64,000 nucleotides of DNA, taken from positions 80,998-144,997 of the forward strand of contig CAWBEI010000005.1 of the NCBI GenBank assembly GCA_963787835.1, read 5' to 3'. Positions 19,264 to 29,088 of the stretch are shown in pieces; position 1 is the first letter of the stretch; every line of letters starts with the position of its first letter. Source of the DNA: Ignavibacteriota bacterium (lineage in GTDB: Bacteria; Bacteroidota; Ignavibacteria; Palsa-1295). Below the pieces are notes generated by a model, which was not told the DNA's origin, searched no databases, and saw only the letters and a program-made list of their open reading frames with translations. The translations under genes were made by a program, and so were the position numbers.

Positions 19264-20205
19264 ATGAGAGAATTTTATTCTTCAATTGAACCCTATAATC
19301 AAGGTCATCTGAACGTATCGAATATCCATTCGATGTATTACGAAGAGAGCGGCAATCCTAATGGATTCCCAGCGGTTTTCGTACATGGCGGCCCTGGTGG
19401 CGGAACGCAGCCGGATCATCGGCGCTATTTCGATCCAAAGTATTATCGCATTATCCTTTTCGATCAGCGGGGATGCGGAAAAAGTACGCCGAATGCTTCG
19501 CTCGAAGATAACACCACATGGGACTTAGTGCACGACATGGAACTTCTGCGCGAGCATCTCGGGATTGAAACATGGCTGGTGTTTGGCGGCTCGTGGGGAT
19601 CGACGCTTTCGCTTGCGTATTCTGAAACGCATCCGGAACGAGTAACGCATCTTGTTTTGCGCGGAATCTTTCTTGTGAGAAAATGGGAAATTGATTGGCT
19701 CTACCAAAACGGTGCTGACGCTATCTTCCCCGACCGATGGGAGGATTATATCAAGCCGATCCCTGATGCAGAGCGTCGTGATTTTGTTTCTGCCTATTAC
19801 AAGCGCCTAACAAGCAGCGACCGCAATGTTCAGATCGAAGCAGCCCGAGCGTGGAGCACCTGGGAAGGTTCAACCTCGAAACTACTGGTCGATCCCGATA
19901 TGATCTCGCATTATAGCGATGACGATTTCTCCATTGCATTTTCAAGGATCGAATGTCATTATTTTATTAATAAGGGATTTATGGAGGATGGGCAATTGTT
20001 AAAAAATATTAACCAAATACGGCAAATCCCGACTGTCATAGTACAGGGCCGATATGATGTAGTATGTCCGATACGAAGCGCGTGGGATCTTCATCGGGCG
20101 TTTCCGGAGGCACAGCTTGTTATCACGCCGACGTCCGGTCACTCAGCGTTTGAGCCTGAAAATCGTTCCGCTCTTATTGATGCTACGGATCTTTTTAGAT
20201 CGTAG
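19264..20205 (+). CDS. pip: Proline iminopeptidase (S33 alpha/beta-hydrolase)
   Basis: VFVHGGPGGG, GGSWGSTLSLAYSETHPERVTHLVLRGIF; 313 aa. Confidence 0.85.
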   Translation: MREFYSSIEPYNQGHLNVSNIHSMYYEESGNPNGFPAVFVHGGPGGGTQPDHRRYFDPKYYRIILFDQRGCGKSTPNASLEDNTTWDLVHDMELLREHLGIETWLVFGGSWGSTLSLAYSETHPERVTHLVLRGIFLVRKWEIDWLYQNGADAIFPDRWEDYIKPIPDAERRDFVSAYYKRLTSSDRNVQIEAARAWSTWEGSTSKLLVDPDMISHYSDDDFSIAFSRIECHYFINKGFMEDGQLLKNINQIRQIPTVIVQGRYDVVCPIRSAWDLHRAFPEAQLVITPTSGHSAFEPENRSALIDATDLFRS

Positions 20206-20262
20206 TAACGATGGTTATGGCATTTTTCTAAATGCAGAGTCTATCCCTGGAGCCAGGGATAC

Positions 20263-21972
20263 ATGAGTTGGATCCTCGGCGCCTTCGGACGAATTTCCCC
20301 GGATCTTGAGAACAAGATTCGGAAGTTCGCGCAAAATTCTTTGCTTGAATTTCAGGATGACCAGCTATTGCTTCTTGCCGGAGGAATTCCGGAGACATGT
20401 AAGCATGATTCCACGGCGTCGGAAGTGTGGGCAATCTGCGGGTTAGGGATTGAACACTCAGGCGCTGGATACGGCTTGATGGAAAAGCCACATTGGGAAG
20501 TTCGGCTAAAATCTAAGGCAAACACCCGTTCACTCGAAGGTCAATTCGCAGGCATAAGTTACCATGATCGTTGCTTAACTCTCTTTACCGATCGAATTGG
20601 CTCTCGCGATCTATGGTATTGCACAATTAGTGGAGTTACGTTATTCTCGACGCGGGCGGATTGGCTTGCTCGCTTATCTGGCAACAACGAACTTGATCTC
20701 AATGGGTTTGGAGCCCGATGGCTGTTCTATTATCAAGTGTCGACGGGAAGTATAATAAAAAATATTGAGAGGCTTGGCCCTGGTGCTGTGGTAACGATCT
20801 CTTCGAGCGGGATTTCGACGGAGCGAGCGAACTGGCTTCCTCAACCATCTCAATTTCAATTTTCAAAAGTACTGGAAGAACTCAGCACTTTTCCATTTCG
20901 GTCGGGGCGTCGATTATCACTCAGTCTTTCTGGAGGGTTAGATTCCCGGTTGCTGTTTTCGATCCTTCTTCATGCAAAGGGCGAGTGGGATGTGCATACC
21001 TTCGGGCCCCCTGATCATCCCGATGTGACGATCGCTGAGCAGATCGCAAAAACCTTTGGTGTATCTCACCAAGCGTTCTATATCGATCCAGTTGAAGACC
21101 CTGATCTCGAAAATAAAGTTAGGGATTATTGCGCCCAGGGGCTCCCTCTTCGACAAGCGTCACAGGTTCTGCAAGCTCAGTATTATCCAATGCTATATCG
21201 AGCTAATACGATCGTTATTGATGGCGGATTTGGCGAGGTAGCGCGCCGTCACATGTTCAATCGTCTGGCTTATCTTGGGAAGGGAGCGTTATCGCGACGT
21301 GATACGCAAGCGGTCTATCCGTATTTTACCCGCTTTCGGGCTGATTTCTTTTCGCCAGAGGTGAACGCGCTGCTTCGCGAAGGAGCAATGGATCAAATAA
21401 ATGCGCTGTGGGATGAAATGCCGGATCCCAATACGATCGGTTTTAGAAACTGGTTGGATATGATCGTGGTAAGATCCGAACTTCCCAATGCCAACGCGGC
21501 AGAGCAGGCTCGTATGGATCATTTTGTGCCGAGCTATATGCCATTCGTGCAGCCTTCACTGTTGAACGCGGTATTTGATATGCCCTTGAGGCGCCGGCAG
21601 GATAGCAGGGAAGTCCATGCGATCATTCACCGAAAGGAACGAAAACTCGAACGCTTCCCACTTATGACGAGCGATTGCACCATTCCATATTCGCTTTCAA
21701 CGATGCAAGCATTTGTTTATCGTAAGGTGAAGCGTTTACTTGGCAAAACATACCATGATCGCACCAGGGATCTCTTTCTACAACGGTTGCGTCCGATGAT
21801 CGAGGATCTTGCCGCATCCAACGAGGTGCTAACTTGCTCCCTCTATGACCAGCAAAAGGTAGGATCCATTGTCGATGGATATTTCGGAGGAAACAAAGCA
21901 TTGGGCGGGCAATTAGACTGGTGGCTGGGATTTGAGCTTTGGCGTAGCTCCCATTCTGACCGGCGGATGTGA
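20263..21972 (+). CDS. Asparagine synthetase B-like amidotransferase lacking the N-terminal Cys nucleophile
   Basis: N-terminus MSWILGAFG where AsnB has MCGI(L/A)G; PP-loop SLSGGLDSRLL; 569 aa. Confidence 0.6.
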   Translation: MSWILGAFGRISPDLENKIRKFAQNSLLEFQDDQLLLLAGGIPETCKHDSTASEVWAICGLGIEHSGAGYGLMEKPHWEVRLKSKANTRSLEGQFAGISYHDRCLTLFTDRIGSRDLWYCTISGVTLFSTRADWLARLSGNNELDLNGFGARWLFYYQVSTGSIIKNIERLGPGAVVTISSSGISTERANWLPQPSQFQFSKVLEELSTFPFRSGRRLSLSLSGGLDSRLLFSILLHAKGEWDVHTFGPPDHPDVTIAEQIAKTFGVSHQAFYIDPVEDPDLENKVRDYCAQGLPLRQASQVLQAQYYPMLYRANTIVIDGGFGEVARRHMFNRLAYLGKGALSRRDTQAVYPYFTRFRADFFSPEVNALLREGAMDQINALWDEMPDPNTIGFRNWLDMIVVRSELPNANAAEQARMDHFVPSYMPFVQPSLLNAVFDMPLRRRQDSREVHAIIHRKERKLERFPLMTSDCTIPYSLSTMQAFVYRKVKRLLGKTYHDRTRDLFLQRLRPMIEDLAASNEVLTCSLYDQQKVGSIVDGYFGGNKALGGQLDWWLGFELWRSSHSDRRM

Positions 21973-22011
21973 ATTGGTTGCAAAAAGTAAGCGTTACACT
22001 TACCTGCAATT

Positions 22012-22275
22012 ATGACATTAAACGAAATCCATAACGTCCGGGAAAAACTGCTGGCTGATCTCGATTCTATTACGGGCGCAGAAGAGCTTGAAGCGTTCAA
22101 GCTGGCGCATCTCACTCGCAAAGGGACGATCGCCGCAATGTTCGACGATCTCCGATCTGTTTCGAAGGAGGAGAAGCCGCTCGCTGGAAAAGAGCTAAAT
22201 CTGCTTCGCCAATCGGTTGAACAGCGATTCGCTGAAGTAGCTCAAGCACTAAATATTAAGAAAGAAGAGGAATGA
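22012..22275 (+). CDS. pheS N-terminal helical domain as a separate 87-aa ORF (out of frame with downstream pheS)
   Basis: GC-rich; KLAHLTRKGTIAAMFDDLRSVSKEEKPLAGKELN resembles the PheS N-terminal domain; stop overlaps the next ATG in a different frame. Confidence 0.45.
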   Translation: MTLNEIHNVREKLLADLDSITGAEELEAFKLAHLTRKGTIAAMFDDLRSVSKEEKPLAGKELNLLRQSVEQRFAEVAQALNIKKEEE

Positions 22276-23633
22276 TTATAATTAAAGAACCTCGAATTGA
22301 GCTAACTCCTAAACAGCTTGAAGAGTACAAAAAAATATACACTTCGGTAGCTGAGCAAGCCGGCTCTGTAAATAACCAAATGCTCACATATGGGCAACAA
22401 GCAAATCCTTATATTGTCAAGGAAATTGAAGAACTTGCCAAAGTTACTAATAATCTGAGCTATTCTAGTTCCGAAGTATACGTCACGTCCCAGACAATAG
22501 GAGAATTGCCTTTTTCTAATGCAATCCAATACTTTAGGAATGACTTAGCAGAATTCCAAGACCACTTTCAGAACTTACTCAATAATGTTCAGTCACCGGC
22601 TGATCTAGAAGTATCTCGTTTAACTCTTGAAGCTGAAAAAGGGCCAATTAAGTTTGTCGAGAAAGTAATTTTGGGAGGTGCCCCTAAAGCCGCCAAGAGA
22701 GAAATTGGAAGAAATCTCAATGAATTGAAGGTTATCTTGGAGCAAGAGTATCAGAATATTAAGTCTAAGTTAAAACCACTAATCAAATTAGATGCAGAAA
22801 TTGATCTGTCGATGCCAGCGCGGACGGTACCAGTCATAACTCCGGGACACGAGCATCCTTTGATGAAGACGCTGAACGAGATGATATCCATTTTCGAGCG
22901 CATGGGATTTGCCGTTGAATATGGGCCGGAGATCGAGGACGATGAGCATAATTTTGGCAAGCTGAATTTCGCGCCCGACCATCCTGCGCGAGATATGCAG
23001 GATACGTTTTTTGTGAAGCCTTCCTTCAATTATGTAGCGCCGGCGTCCTCGCCGGTTCCCCTTGCAGAGGGAAGGGGACAGGCGGGGACGCCTGCGCTAC
23101 AGCCATTACTATTGAGGACGCACACATCGCCAGTTCAGATTCGGCTGATGGAAAAGCAGAAGCCGCCCGTCCGGGCGATCATGCCGGGGCGGGTATATCG
23201 CAACGAAGCAGCAAGTGCTCGGAGTGCAGTTGCATTCTTCCAGTTAGAAGGACTTGTTATCGATAAGGGCGTTACGATGGCAGACCTAAAAGGCATACTG
23301 CTTTCCTTTGCAAGGCAGTTTTTTGGGAGCGATGCAAAGATCAGACTTCGCCCAAGTTTCTTCCCATTTACCGAGCCGAGCGCCGAAGTGGATGTAAGCT
23401 GTTACATCTGCGGCGGCAAAGGCTGCCGCGTATGCCAAAACACAGGATGGCTGGAAATATTGGGTTCCGGAATGGTCCATCCGAATGTGCTAAGAGCATG
23501 TGGAATCGATCCAGAAATATATACCGGCTACGCGTTCGGCCTCGGAATTGACCGCACGGCAATGATGCGTTATGGTGTCAGCGATATTCGGGATTTCTTC
23601 GAGAACGATTACCGATTTCTGGAACAATTTTAG
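22272..23633 (+). CDS. pheS: Phenylalanine--tRNA ligase alpha subunit with AT-rich N-terminal replacement segment and 23-aa repeat-encoded insertion
   Basis: Catalytic core HPARDMQDTFF, LLRTHTSPVQIR, FPFTEPSAEVD, GLGIDRTAMMRYGV. The first ~165 codons (22272-22770) are ~35% GC versus ~55% in the flanks. Codons 255-277 are encoded by a family D palindromic repeat. Confidence 0.85.
   Translation: MIIIKEPRIELTPKQLEEYKKIYTSVAEQAGSVNNQMLTYGQQANPYIVKEIEELAKVTNNLSYSSSEVYVTSQTIGELPFSNAIQYFRNDLAEFQDHFQNLLNNVQSPADLEVSRLTLEAEKGPIKFVEKVILGGAPKAAKREIGRNLNELKVILEQEYQNIKSKLKPLIKLDAEIDLSMPARTVPVITPGHEHPLMKTLNEMISIFERMGFAVEYGPEIEDDEHNFGKLNFAPDHPARDMQDTFFVKPSFNYVAPASSPVPLAEGRGQAGTPALQPLLLRTHTSPVQIRLMEKQKPPVRAIMPGRVYRNEAASARSAVAFFQLEGLVIDKGVTMADLKGILLSFARQFFGSDAKIRLRPSFFPFTEPSAEVDVSCYICGGKGCRVCQNTGWLEILGSGMVHPNVLRACGIDPEIYTGYAFGLGIDRTAMMRYGVSDIRDFFENDYRFLEQF
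23033..23101. repeat. Family D 69-bp palindromic element inserted in-frame within pheS
   Basis: tgtagcgccggcgtcctcgccggttcccc...ggggacgcctgcgctaca. A sibling copy lies intergenically at 46458..46526. 69 nt is 23 codons and is translated as VAPASSPVPLAEGRGQAGTPALQ. Confidence 0.7.
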
Positions 23634-23706
23634 CATAAAATATTCTGCGAGAACCAAACCTTCTGGGACATTGCTAATAGCAGGGAGCTTTCTATTCCGA
23701 ATCGTT

Positions 23707-24447
23707 ATGAAGCGAAATATCTTAATTTTCGGTGTTTTATTTTTTGCGGCATTCGCGATTGTTTTGAGCGGATGTTCTTCTTCAACATCTTCGCCAAGCG
23801 GTAATTCAAATCCCTTGCCGGGAGCGGGGAGCACGTTTACCTATACCTATACTTCTGTAGATACAAACGGCGTCACAAGCGCGCCCAGCGATTCTACTTA
23901 TATCATTCTGAGTGATTCCCTTACTTACCAGGGCAAAACCAATGTGCTTGAAGTGCAGGATGAGCACGGCGGAATTTCCTATTATCATCTGGAAGCAAAT
24001 GGCGACATCTCTATCTATCTCGATCTGAGTTCATTCCCGCTGCCGGTTGCATTAAGCACGAACTGGTTAGTACTTCCTATCGGAAGCAGTCTCGAGCAAA
24101 AGAATGTTCTGTTCGACTCCACCATAATGTTCCCGTATAATGGGACGAACACTGCGGTGGATGTATCCGTCCAGACGGATGCGAAAGATATGGGCCCCGC
24201 GACGATTTCAGCAGCGAACAATTCCTTTGCCTCGGAGAAGGGAGCTGTTATCGTGACTGCGTCCGCCTCTATCTTTGGAGGGTTCGTGCAGCTTGCCTCC
24301 CTTACGGAAACGATTTCTATTTGGTACTCAAAGCAACTCAAGTATTATCCTGAACGTCAGGATAAGCAGGTGCTCGGAGGTCTTCTGCTCGGTAATTCTA
24401 AAACGACATCCGACACCTATCTATTAAATTCCTATACGCTGAAATAA
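23707..24447 (+). CDS. Hypothetical lipoprotein
   Basis: MKRNILIFGVLFFAAFAIVLSGC lipobox; Ser/Thr-rich linker; 246 aa. Start trimmed to the signal-peptide Met. Confidence 0.55.
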   Translation: MKRNILIFGVLFFAAFAIVLSGCSSSTSSPSGNSNPLPGAGSTFTYTYTSVDTNGVTSAPSDSTYIILSDSLTYQGKTNVLEVQDEHGGISYYHLEANGDISIYLDLSSFPLPVALSTNWLVLPIGSSLEQKNVLFDSTIMFPYNGTNTAVDVSVQTDAKDMGPATISAANNSFASEKGAVIVTASASIFGGFVQLASLTETISIWYSKQLKYYPERQDKQVLGGLLLGNSKTTSDTYLLNSYTLK

Positions 24448-24450
24448 TTC

Positions 24451-25842
24451 TTAGCTTGTCGCGAGCGCTCCGTTCACGCTGGGATCCTTGGCGTATATTC
24501 CTTCCCGCACGATCTTTCCAAGAATGTCGATCGCGGTATCGACTTCCTCGATGGTATTATACATATAAAAACTTAGCCTGCAGCTTGCGGGAATATCCAG
24601 AGAGTGGTGTGCAAGCCCGGCACAGTGGCATCCCGCGCGGGACTCGACGCCAAATTCATTCAGGGCATTAGCAAGATCGAACGGAGAACGCCCGGCCACG
24701 TTAAAAGCGACTAAAGATGTACGCTTCTTTGCATCCATCGGTCCATATATTTGTATGCCAGGAATTTCTGAAATACGTTCGAGTGCGCTGCTTGTCAATG
24801 TTCGATTGTAATTGGTAATTCGTTCCATAGCCGCTCTCACATCCTCTCGCTCTATTTGTTTATCCGTCATGAAATAGGTATGCTCTTCGGGTGAGAGCAC
24901 AAGATCGAGCAATATTCGCAATGCCTGCGCGCTAACGATCGTGCCTAGAATGTTCGGTGTGCCGGCGCTAAATTTCCAGGGCAGTTCATTATAGTTGATA
25001 TTCGTGGGTGTCACCGATCCTGGTATGCCTGCCACCATATCTCCGCCATACAAGAATGGCCGCATCGAGGAGAGCAGTGCTTCCTTGCCATAGAGCGCTC
25101 CAATTCCAAAAGGAGCAAGTACTTTATGGAACGAAAAGGAAAGAAAATCCACATCGAGCGCTTCGACATCCACATAGGTACTTGGCACCAACTGCGCACC
25201 ATCGATGAGCAGATAGGAGCGGCGTTCGCCTGTCGGTTGTTCATAGCCGCTGGCATTTGCGATCGCTCGGATCTTCGAAATGGGATTTTTTGTGCCGAAA
25301 AAATTCGAAGCACCACTCGCGCATACGAGCTTTGTTCTGTTATCGACAAGGGAGGCCATGTGTTCCAGATCCAATTCTCCGGTCTGTTGATCCAAATTTA
25401 CAAGACGGTATTCTACATTGATCCCGAACTTCGGCAGGATCTCTCGGCACATTGCGTACCAGGGCACATAATTGGAGTTGTGCTCCATCATTGTGGTAAC
25501 GACGTTATCTCCATCGCGGAATTCCGTCATCAGTGAGTACATGATCGCATTATGTGCCTCGGTAGTGTTGCGATAGAGAGCGATATTTTTTCGGCTTTTG
25601 GCCCCGATAAATGCTGCGATCGTATCGAAGGACGATTCGAACAGCGTCGTCATGGCGCGGGAGGCGTTCGACTGCCCTCGATGAACATTCTCGTAATCCG
25701 GCGAAAGCTCGCGAAAAAGATCGGCTAACATTTTCGGTGCCTGGGTGCTGGCGGCATTATTGGTGACGATCCGGCCTTTAGTAATCGCTGGAAAATGTTT
25801 GCGAATCGCTTGAACGTCAAGGGTACAATCGGTTTCAACCAT
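24451..25842 (-). CDS. SufS-like cysteine desulfurase (class V aminotransferase fold)
   Basis: SFSFHKVLAPFGIGALYGK (PLP-Lys region) and C-terminal RAGCHCAGLAHHSLDIP...SFYMYNTIEEVD (active-site Cys loop). Confidence 0.7.
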   Translation of the reverse strand: MVETDCTLDVQAIRKHFPAITKGRIVTNNAASTQAPKMLADLFRELSPDYENVHRGQSNASRAMTTLFESSFDTIAAFIGAKSRKNIALYRNTTEAHNAIMYSLMTEFRDGDNVVTTMMEHNSNYVPWYAMCREILPKFGINVEYRLVNLDQQTGELDLEHMASLVDNRTKLVCASGASNFFGTKNPISKIRAIANASGYEQPTGERRSYLLIDGAQLVPSTYVDVEALDVDFLSFSFHKVLAPFGIGALYGKEALLSSMRPFLYGGDMVAGIPGSVTPTNINYNELPWKFSAGTPNILGTIVSAQALRILLDLVLSPEEHTYFMTDKQIEREDVRAAMERITNYNRTLTSSALERISEIPGIQIYGPMDAKKRTSLVAFNVAGRSPFDLANALNEFGVESRAGCHCAGLAHHSLDIPASCRLSFYMYNTIEEVDTAIDILGKIVREGIYAKDPSVNGALATS

Positions 25843-25931
25843 CGGGTATTTATAGGATAATTTGGGTATAATATAACGTTAAGTTTTAGAGTTGGGCAAA
25901 CGTTCCGCCCTGAATTACGTTATTTTGAATA

Positions 25932-28358
25932 ATGCGCATCTCATTAAACTGGCTTTCGGAATATATTTCGGTCCCATTCACCCCCGAGGAATTGGACCAT
26001 CGTCTGACCATGCTCGGCATCGAGGTCGAGTCTGTCGAGCGCGTCGGCGAGCGATGGGATAAGGTCATTGTTGGCGAAGTGCTGGAGGTAACACCGCACC
26101 CGAATGCGGATAAACTTCGGCTTACACGAGTCTCGATCGGATCGGGAGAGCCGCTTGGAATAGTCTGCGGTGCTCCTAATGTGAGGGCAGGCCTGAAGGT
26201 CGCGGTTGCAACGATTGGGGCAGATCTTGGTGGTGGCCTTGTGATAAAGAAAGCCAAAATTCGTGGCGAAGCAAGCGAGGGCATGATATGCTCCGAACGA
26301 GAACTCGGCGTATCCCAAAATCATGAAGGAATTTGGGAATTGCCTTCTGAAACGACCGTCGGCATAGCACTCGCGGATGCTCTTGGCTTGAGAGACGTAA
26401 TATTCGAAGTTGGTATTACGCCTAATCGCGCAGATTGTCTCAGCCATATTGGGATTGCTCGTGAGATTCGGGCAATAACAGGGGAGTCAGTTCGGTGGCC
26501 GAAAGTATCAATAGATGGAAAGGGTGGTGCAGTCGCCAACCAGGTTCGAATTAATCTTCCGCAACCGGAGCTTTGCCCGAGATATGTGGCAAAATTAGTC
26601 ACAGGCGTGACGATCGCACCATCTCCGGATTGGCTTAAGCGGAGATTGGAAGCAGTTGGGCTACGGCCAATTAATAACGTGGTCGATGTCACAAATTTTG
26701 TATTGATGGAATGCGGACATCCGCTCCATGCTTTCGATTTTGATGTGGTCGAAAACGGGCAGATAGAAGTTTGCACCGCCGGTAGTTTTGCCGATGAATT
26801 CGTAACGCTCGACGGCAAGAAAAGGAAAATGCCGGCGGATGCGCTGCTCATCACCGATGGCAAAAAGCCTCTCGGAATTGCGGGCATTATGGGAGGCGAG
26901 AATTCGGAGATACGAGAGAGGACTCGGAATGTCCTCATCGAATCCGCTTATTTCAACCCAACCTCTATTCGTAGAACGGCGAAGCAACTTGGCCTTTCGA
27001 GCGATGCTTCCTATCGGTTCGAGCGTGGCGCTGATTTCAATATTTTGGAATATGCCGCTGAAAGAGCTGCGCAAATGATCACTGAATTAGCTGGCGGAGC
27101 GATAGTAGAGGGAATCGTCGATGAAAACCCCAACCCGTTAAAAAATAAAGAGTTACGGTTTCGACCTTCGAGGGCAAACAGCCTGCTTGGCATGACTGTT
27201 TCCTCCGATAAAATGGCTGAGATATTCCAACGGCTTGAGATAGAAGTGCAGAATTCTGAATCAGCCGAATGGCAGCTTACTTCTCCATCCTATCGTGTTG
27301 ATCTTGAGCGAGAAGAAGATGCGATCGAGGAAGTTGCGCGCATCGTTGGTTATGATGAAATTCCAACGAGTACGTTCGAGCGTGCTCCGCTCGGCGGCAC
27401 GCGCGATCCGTTAAAGCCCAGAGACTTCGATACGCTTGTCCGGAGCACACTCCTATCACTTGGGGCGAGCGAATGTATCTCCGTCCCCTTAGTCAGCGAA
27501 AAAAGCTCGCGGCTATTTCACGAACAGCCGGTTGCGCTTATCAACCCTCTGAACCTCGAACGCGACCACATGCGTACCAGCGTGGCGATCAATTTGCTGG
27601 AATCAGCGGGCATAAGTGAGCGATTCGGGGCTGCTGGCCAGCGTATCTTCGAGATCGGAAATGTATTTCATTATTCAGAGAAGCCGGAGCAGCTCGGTCA
27701 TATTTCCGAGAGGCAGGAGTTAGGTGTATTACTATCCGGGGTTCAGGAGCCAAAGACTCCCTATAACACTCAAGCGATCAAAGCCGATATTTTTCTTCTG
27801 AAAGGGATGGCTGAGGCTCTTCTATCCAGGCTTGGGATTCGAGACTGGCAATATGAGGCATCCAGCGATGCAATATTTGATGCCTCACAGTCGCTAATCA
27901 TCAATGTTGGTGGCGGGCGTGTATGTCGTCTCGGAAAACTTTTGCCCGAAATTATTAAGGAGTATGATCTACGAAATGATGTCTGGGTTGCGCTGTTCGA
28001 TCATGGCGAGTTATTCATGTTAACGCGGGGCTTGCTTGAAAAGCCTCGTGCCGTGAAGCTATTGCCGAAATATCCCTCTGTTGAGCGCGATATTGCGATC
28101 GTGATCTCTGAAGGAATTCATGTGAAGAATATCACGGATGCGATATGTGCATCCGCATCGAAAGAGATCCTGAGGCAGGTTTCTTTATTTGATGAATTCC
28201 AATCGAAGGAAATGAAATTGTCCCATGAGCGAAGCCTGGCATTTCATCTTGTTTTTCGGTCCGATGAGCGCACGTTGGAGGAACATGAAGTCGATGTGCT
28301 ATTTAGTTTGATAATTAAGCGATTAGAGGGCGAACTTCACGCACGACTTCGTGTTTAA
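25932..28358 (+). CDS. pheT: Phenylalanine--tRNA ligase beta subunit
   Basis: 808 aa; MRISLNWLSEYI N-terminus, tRNA-binding, B3/4, B5 and FDX-ACB-like regions in order. Confidence 0.92.
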   Translation: MRISLNWLSEYISVPFTPEELDHRLTMLGIEVESVERVGERWDKVIVGEVLEVTPHPNADKLRLTRVSIGSGEPLGIVCGAPNVRAGLKVAVATIGADLGGGLVIKKAKIRGEASEGMICSERELGVSQNHEGIWELPSETTVGIALADALGLRDVIFEVGITPNRADCLSHIGIAREIRAITGESVRWPKVSIDGKGGAVANQVRINLPQPELCPRYVAKLVTGVTIAPSPDWLKRRLEAVGLRPINNVVDVTNFVLMECGHPLHAFDFDVVENGQIEVCTAGSFADEFVTLDGKKRKMPADALLITDGKKPLGIAGIMGGENSEIRERTRNVLIESAYFNPTSIRRTAKQLGLSSDASYRFERGADFNILEYAAERAAQMITELAGGAIVEGIVDENPNPLKNKELRFRPSRANSLLGMTVSSDKMAEIFQRLEIEVQNSESAEWQLTSPSYRVDLEREEDAIEEVARIVGYDEIPTSTFERAPLGGTRDPLKPRDFDTLVRSTLLSLGASECISVPLVSEKSSRLFHEQPVALINPLNLERDHMRTSVAINLLESAGISERFGAAGQRIFEIGNVFHYSEKPEQLGHISERQELGVLLSGVQEPKTPYNTQAIKADIFLLKGMAEALLSRLGIRDWQYEASSDAIFDASQSLIINVGGGRVCRLGKLLPEIIKEYDLRNDVWVALFDHGELFMLTRGLLEKPRAVKLLPKYPSVERDIAIVISEGIHVKNITDAICASASKEILRQVSLFDEFQSKEMKLSHERSLAFHLVFRSDERTLEEHEVDVLFSLIIKRLEGELHARLRV

Positions 28359-28458
28359 ATGAGAACCGAGTACTGCGTACCGAGTACTGAAGGGGATAAC
28401 TGGGATTGTTTCTTCAAGATCCCAATTCTTAATTTTTAATTCTTAATTCCTAATTGTC

Positions 28459-29085
28459 TTGACCCCGACCGAATCGCGAGAAGTAGTATTAGGGCTTAGC
28501 CGCGAACGGCTGGCACGCGCAAGCGCTCGGCTGGAGCGTATCGCGCGCGATGCCGCTGAGCGGATTCATCAACTGAAGCAAGAGAAGCAGACACTTGAGC
28601 GTCGCTTGACGGATCTTGACTCTCTCTACACGCAGGAGCGCCAGAACTTCGAGCAGCGAGCATCCTTGCTTTCCAGCGTTGCTACCGAAAGCGAAGAACG
28701 CTCGAAGGCCTTCAACGAACTTAATGCAAGGCTCAACGATCAGGAGCGGCTTCTTAGCGAACAGATCGATACTATTTCCAGACTTGAATCGGAGCTGGCC
28801 AGCCGTGGGGAACAATTGAATAAGCAAAAAGCACTCGAAGCCGCCTGGAGCGCAGAACTGACAGAATGGAAAGCGAAAACCACCCAACTCGAAGAACGCA
28901 TTGGTAAAATTAGCTCGGAGCGCGATACGTTCAGAACTCAGATCGTCGAAAACGAGCGAATGAATGCCCAATATGTTCTGCGGTTTACAGCCGATGATCG
29001 CGATAATGCTAAAAGAACGATGGACAAGCTTATCGATCAGCTTTCGATCGTCGAGTCAAGAATGCAAATTTCGGAGGAAAAATAA
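28459..29085 (+). CDS. Coiled-coil protein upstream of zapA (possible division-associated)
   Basis: 208 aa, almost entirely heptad-like E/R/Q/L-rich sequence; sits 3 nt from zapA. Confidence 0.4.
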   Translation: MTPTESREVVLGLSRERLARASARLERIARDAAERIHQLKQEKQTLERRLTDLDSLYTQERQNFEQRASLLSSVATESEERSKAFNELNARLNDQERLLSEQIDTISRLESELASRGEQLNKQKALEAAWSAELTEWKAKTTQLEERIGKISSERDTFRTQIVENERMNAQYVLRFTADDRDNAKRTMDKLIDQLSIVESRMQISEEK

Positions 29086-29088
29086 GAA

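Noticed and set aside
20205-20263. Lasso-peptide precursor or partner genes next to the AsnB-like gene
   Set aside because: No short peptide ORF or transglutaminase-like protease in the flanks; the association remains unsupported.
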